Shown piece after piece: positions 61,260 to 64,000 of a DNA stretch of 64,000 nucleotides. The position numbers and the translations under genes were made by a program. Source of the stretch: Thermoanaerobaculia bacterium (GTDB lineage Bacteria > Acidobacteriota > Thermoanaerobaculia > Multivoradales > JAHEKO01). The DNA is taken from positions 2,990 through 66,989 of the forward strand of contig JBFGCA010000008.1 of NCBI GenBank assembly GCA_041567315.1, read 5' to 3'. A model generated the notes under the pieces. The model saw only the letters and a list, made by a program, of their open reading frames with translations. It searched no databases and had not been told where the DNA came from. The number at the start of each line of letters is the position of its first letter. The first letter of the stretch is position 1.

Positions 61260-62798
61260 CTACTGCTCGACCAGCGTCACCTCGCCGACCACCGGCTGCG
61301 CCTCCGAGGCCGGAGTCCCGACGGGGGCGATGGTCAGGCTCGGCGAGCCGCCCAGCCGGCCGTCGGCCTCGAGCTGCTTGGCGAGGTCGGTGACGTCGAA
61401 GCTGTAGTAGGCGTCGTGCGACATGTCGTCGCCGTGGGCGCCGAAGCCGAAGAAGTTGAGGGTGCCCACCAGGTGCTCGCCGCCCGCCGCCGGGTTGGTC
61501 CCGTCCGGCAGCCCGAGGTAGACGTGGTAGAGGACGCCCGGCTGGGCGTCGGTGGCGAGTCCCCGGGCCACCAGGTAGAGCCGCTTGTCCTCGAGGGCGC
61601 GGACCTGGTCGCCGAGCGGCGGCGCCGGCTGCTCGTCGAGCTCCGCAGGCGGTGGGGCGAGGGTCGCCCGCACGGCGCCGGCGGTCAGCGAGATCGGCTG
61701 CGCACGGGCCGCGGTGCGCGGCTGCACGACGACCGGCACGTCGTCCATCGGGGCGGGCGCCGGCGGGCACGGCGGCACCGGCTCGAGCCGGTCGTAGGTG
61801 TAGCCCAACGGCGCGATCGACGTGAAGTCGGCGGTCTTGCCGACCACCCGGTTGCCGTCGCGGTCGGCGAACACGAACTCCTGGTCGAGCCAGGCCGCGG
61901 TGCTGGGGTTGACCCGGCCGGCGGCGTTCCAGCTCGCCCACAGCCGGTCGATGTTGCAGTGGTGCATCCAGAAGATCGGATCGCCGGCCGCCCAGGGGAC
62001 CGAGCCCATGTTCTGACTGTCGCCCGTCAGCACGTGGATGTTGCCGTGGAGCCCGAAGTCGAGACGCCGGTTGAACCCCGGGATGACGCCCTGCTGGCTG
62101 TAGCCGCACTCCCCCAGCGCCGAGGTGCTGAGCGGATTGCCCGGCTCGCCCTGGTCGATCGCCTGTCCGGCGTTGACCCCCGAGTTGCGCTTGCCCACGA
62201 AGAGCGAGCCGAAGGTGGGGTCGCCGTCCTGGCGAAACTCGGGAGGAATGACGCCGTGGAGCGCCGGATCGGCGACCGAGTAGTCCCAGTAGGGCAGCGT
62301 GAACTCGTCGTTGCCGCTGACCTGGCGGATTATCTGCTCGAAGAAGAAGACGTACATCCGGTGCCAGGGCAGGAAGTCGTCCTCCGGCGGACCGAAGTGG
62401 GCGCGGCAGGTGTTCCACATGTCGTTGGCGAGGTCGCGGTCCGGGCTCGCCGTCGGGTAGATGCGGGCGATCTCGCCCGCCTTGGTGCGGTCGTTGCGCA
62501 CCGCGTGGGTGTACCACTGGAAGACCCAGCCCAGCGGGTCGCCCTCGGCGATCGCGGTCTTCATCTGGTTGACCGCCTGGGCGTAGATCTCGAGCATCGC
62601 CTGGCCCTCGGGGCTGCGGGTGTCGTGGCGGACGAGCGCGCCGGGTGAGGGACCGGTGCCGGTCGGCCCGGTGGGGCCTTCGCCCTCGACCCCGTTCGAC
62701 CCGTTGCCGCCTCCGCCCCCGTTGCAGCCCGGGAGCCAGAGTGAGAGGGGAATGGCGGCGGTACCGCCGAGGAATGCACGGCGGGTGAGCTTCGACAT
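61260..62798 (-). CDS. Tat-exported tyrosinase/polyphenol oxidase with C-terminal shield domain
   Basis: TRRAFL plus LPGC; CuA YTH, CRAH, FLPWHR; LPYWDY; CuB HGNIH, DPIFWMHHCNIDRLW; LGYTYD. Confidence 0.93.
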   Translation of the reverse strand: MSKLTRRAFLGGTAAIPLSLWLPGCNGGGGGNGSNGVEGEGPTGPTGTGPSPGALVRHDTRSPEGQAMLEIYAQAVNQMKTAIAEGDPLGWVFQWYTHAVRNDRTKAGEIARIYPTASPDRDLANDMWNTCRAHFGPPEDDFLPWHRMYVFFFEQIIRQVSGNDEFTLPYWDYSVADPALHGVIPPEFRQDGDPTFGSLFVGKRNSGVNAGQAIDQGEPGNPLSTSALGECGYSQQGVIPGFNRRLDFGLHGNIHVLTGDSQNMGSVPWAAGDPIFWMHHCNIDRLWASWNAAGRVNPSTAAWLDQEFVFADRDGNRVVGKTADFTSIAPLGYTYDRLEPVPPCPPAPAPMDDVPVVVQPRTAARAQPISLTAGAVRATLAPPPAELDEQPAPPLGDQVRALEDKRLYLVARGLATDAQPGVLYHVYLGLPDGTNPAAGGEHLVGTLNFFGFGAHGDDMSHDAYYSFDVTDLAKQLEADGRLGGSPSLTIAPVGTPASEAQPVVGEVTLVEQ

Positions 62799-62922
62799 CT
62801 CGGGGCTCCTTTCCCGGCCGGGTCTGCCCGCGGCCGTCGGCCGGCGCGACCTCTAGAACTGCTCGGCCGATCCCAAGCCGATCGACCGGCGCGCCAGGCG
62901 GCTGTTGAACTAAGCTGCCCGC

Positions 62923-62951
62923 AGACTAGACGAGGCGGGAGAGGCTGTCAA
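62923..62951 (-). promoter_or_regulatory. sigma70-type promoter for the tyrosinase
   Basis: Minus strand TTGACA-17 nt-TAGTCT. Confidence 0.6.
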
Positions 62952-63095
62952 CGGCCCGGTTCGACGCGAGCGCGGCGATGCCGGGGGCACGGGCGTCGAC
63001 GCCACGCGGTTCCTGTCCACTACCCAGCGGGGAGTTCGCGAGCGATGCTTTGGTGGGCTCGCCGATCGGGCCCGGCGGCAGCCTTGCCCGGGCGG

Positions 63096-63665
63096 CTACT
63101 GAACGACCAGCTCGACGCGGCCGATGACCGGGCGGGCGCCCTCCGTCGGCGAGCCGGTGGCGCGGATCGTGAGCTCGATGGCCTCCCCGATCAGACCGCG
63201 CTCACCGAGCGAGCGTACCGCCCTCGAAACCTCGAAGCTCTGCCAGTCGGCGGCCGGGCCGGGCGGCCGGGTGCCGCCGTCGACGGGGGTGGCGCCAAAG
63301 AAGTTGAGGCTGCCGACGTGCCGCGGGTCGTCGGTGGCCGGCTCGGCGCCGGCGGGCAGGCCGAGGTAGAGGTGAAAGAGCACTCCTGGCGGAGCGCTGG
63401 CGGAGAGGCCGCGCAGGACCAGGTAGAGCCGCCGATCCGGACCCAGCGCCTCGAGTTCGGCGGCGAGCGGACGGTCGCCGCTGGGTGCCAGCCGGACCCG
63501 CGACGGCAGCTCGGACAGCTCGATGGGGCCGGCGGCGACGGCGATCATCCCGTCATCTTCGGAGGCGGTGGCCACGGTGGCGCCCGGACCGGCACAGGCC
63601 AAGAAAGCCGGAGCGAGGGCGGCGACGGCAGTGAGCAGCAACCCTGGGATCCACCTCGCCTTCAT
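63096..63665 (-). CDS. Lipoprotein consisting only of a tyrosinase C-terminal-like domain
   Basis: ATG 63665, lipobox FLAC; RLYLVLRGLSASAPPGVLFHLYLGLP...HVGSLNFFG...PVIGRVELVVQ matches the tyrosinase C-terminus. Confidence 0.85.
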   Translation of the reverse strand: MKARWIPGLLLTAVAALAPAFLACAGPGATVATASEDDGMIAVAAGPIELSELPSRVRLAPSGDRPLAAELEALGPDRRLYLVLRGLSASAPPGVLFHLYLGLPAGAEPATDDPRHVGSLNFFGATPVDGGTRPPGPAADWQSFEVSRAVRSLGERGLIGEAIELTIRATGSPTEGARPVIGRVELVVQ

Positions 63666-64000
63666 CGCTGGCGCTCTGGGAAGGGGCCGGCCGGAACCGG
63701 CGCTATCCTCAGCAACCAGCCCGCCCCGGCGGAAAATTCCGCTCCGGCCTTCCGGACGGCCGGCCGCCCAAGGGCGCCGCTCGGGCTCGCCGCCCGCAAG
63801 GGTGTCTGCCAGCGCCGCACCTCCAGCGGACCGCTCGTGCATCGATGCCTTAGGCTGAGCGGGTGGACTGGCCGGGCTCGTTCCAGCGACTGGCCGAAGA
63901 GCAGATCGAGCTGGCCGCCGCGGCGCCCCGACCCTGGACGCCGCCGGCCCAGCCCTACGCGATCGGTGGCTGTTTCGTCTGTTTTCCGCGCGGCAAGCCG

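Overview
A very GC-rich bacterial chromosomal window. The gene content and the C-terminal IFADGFESGD tag suggest Acidobacteriota, perhaps Thermoanaerobaculia-like (inference only). Left to right it holds: a partial amidohydrolase; two giant secreted proteins flanking three phage-tail-collar paralogues, a GNAT and a DUF6916-like gene; an MtaB/MiaB-type methylthiotransferase and a PmbA-like gene; a sigma54-driven operon (51-aa membrane peptide, RsbW-, RsbV- and RsbU-like genes) with an adjacent atypical activator; uvrA; a FadL plus GDSL lipase pair; YbjN, smpB, DUF4390, an NtrY-like kinase, YqeY and selB; a small toxin-antitoxin patch; polA and moaB; a 10-gene respiratory cluster (QrcABCD/ACIII-like complex, tetraheme cytochrome c, two CydA-like subunits, cytochrome c554-like); a TPR/FG-GAP/UnbV protein; and a convergent subtilase and Tat-tyrosinase pair, each preceded by a free-standing copy of its own presumed inhibitory domain. 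A CTAG-bounded MITE-like repeat occurs three times, once in frame inside a signal peptide. No rRNA, tRNA, tmRNA or CRISPR array was seen. All family calls come from motif recognition by eye, not from database searches.
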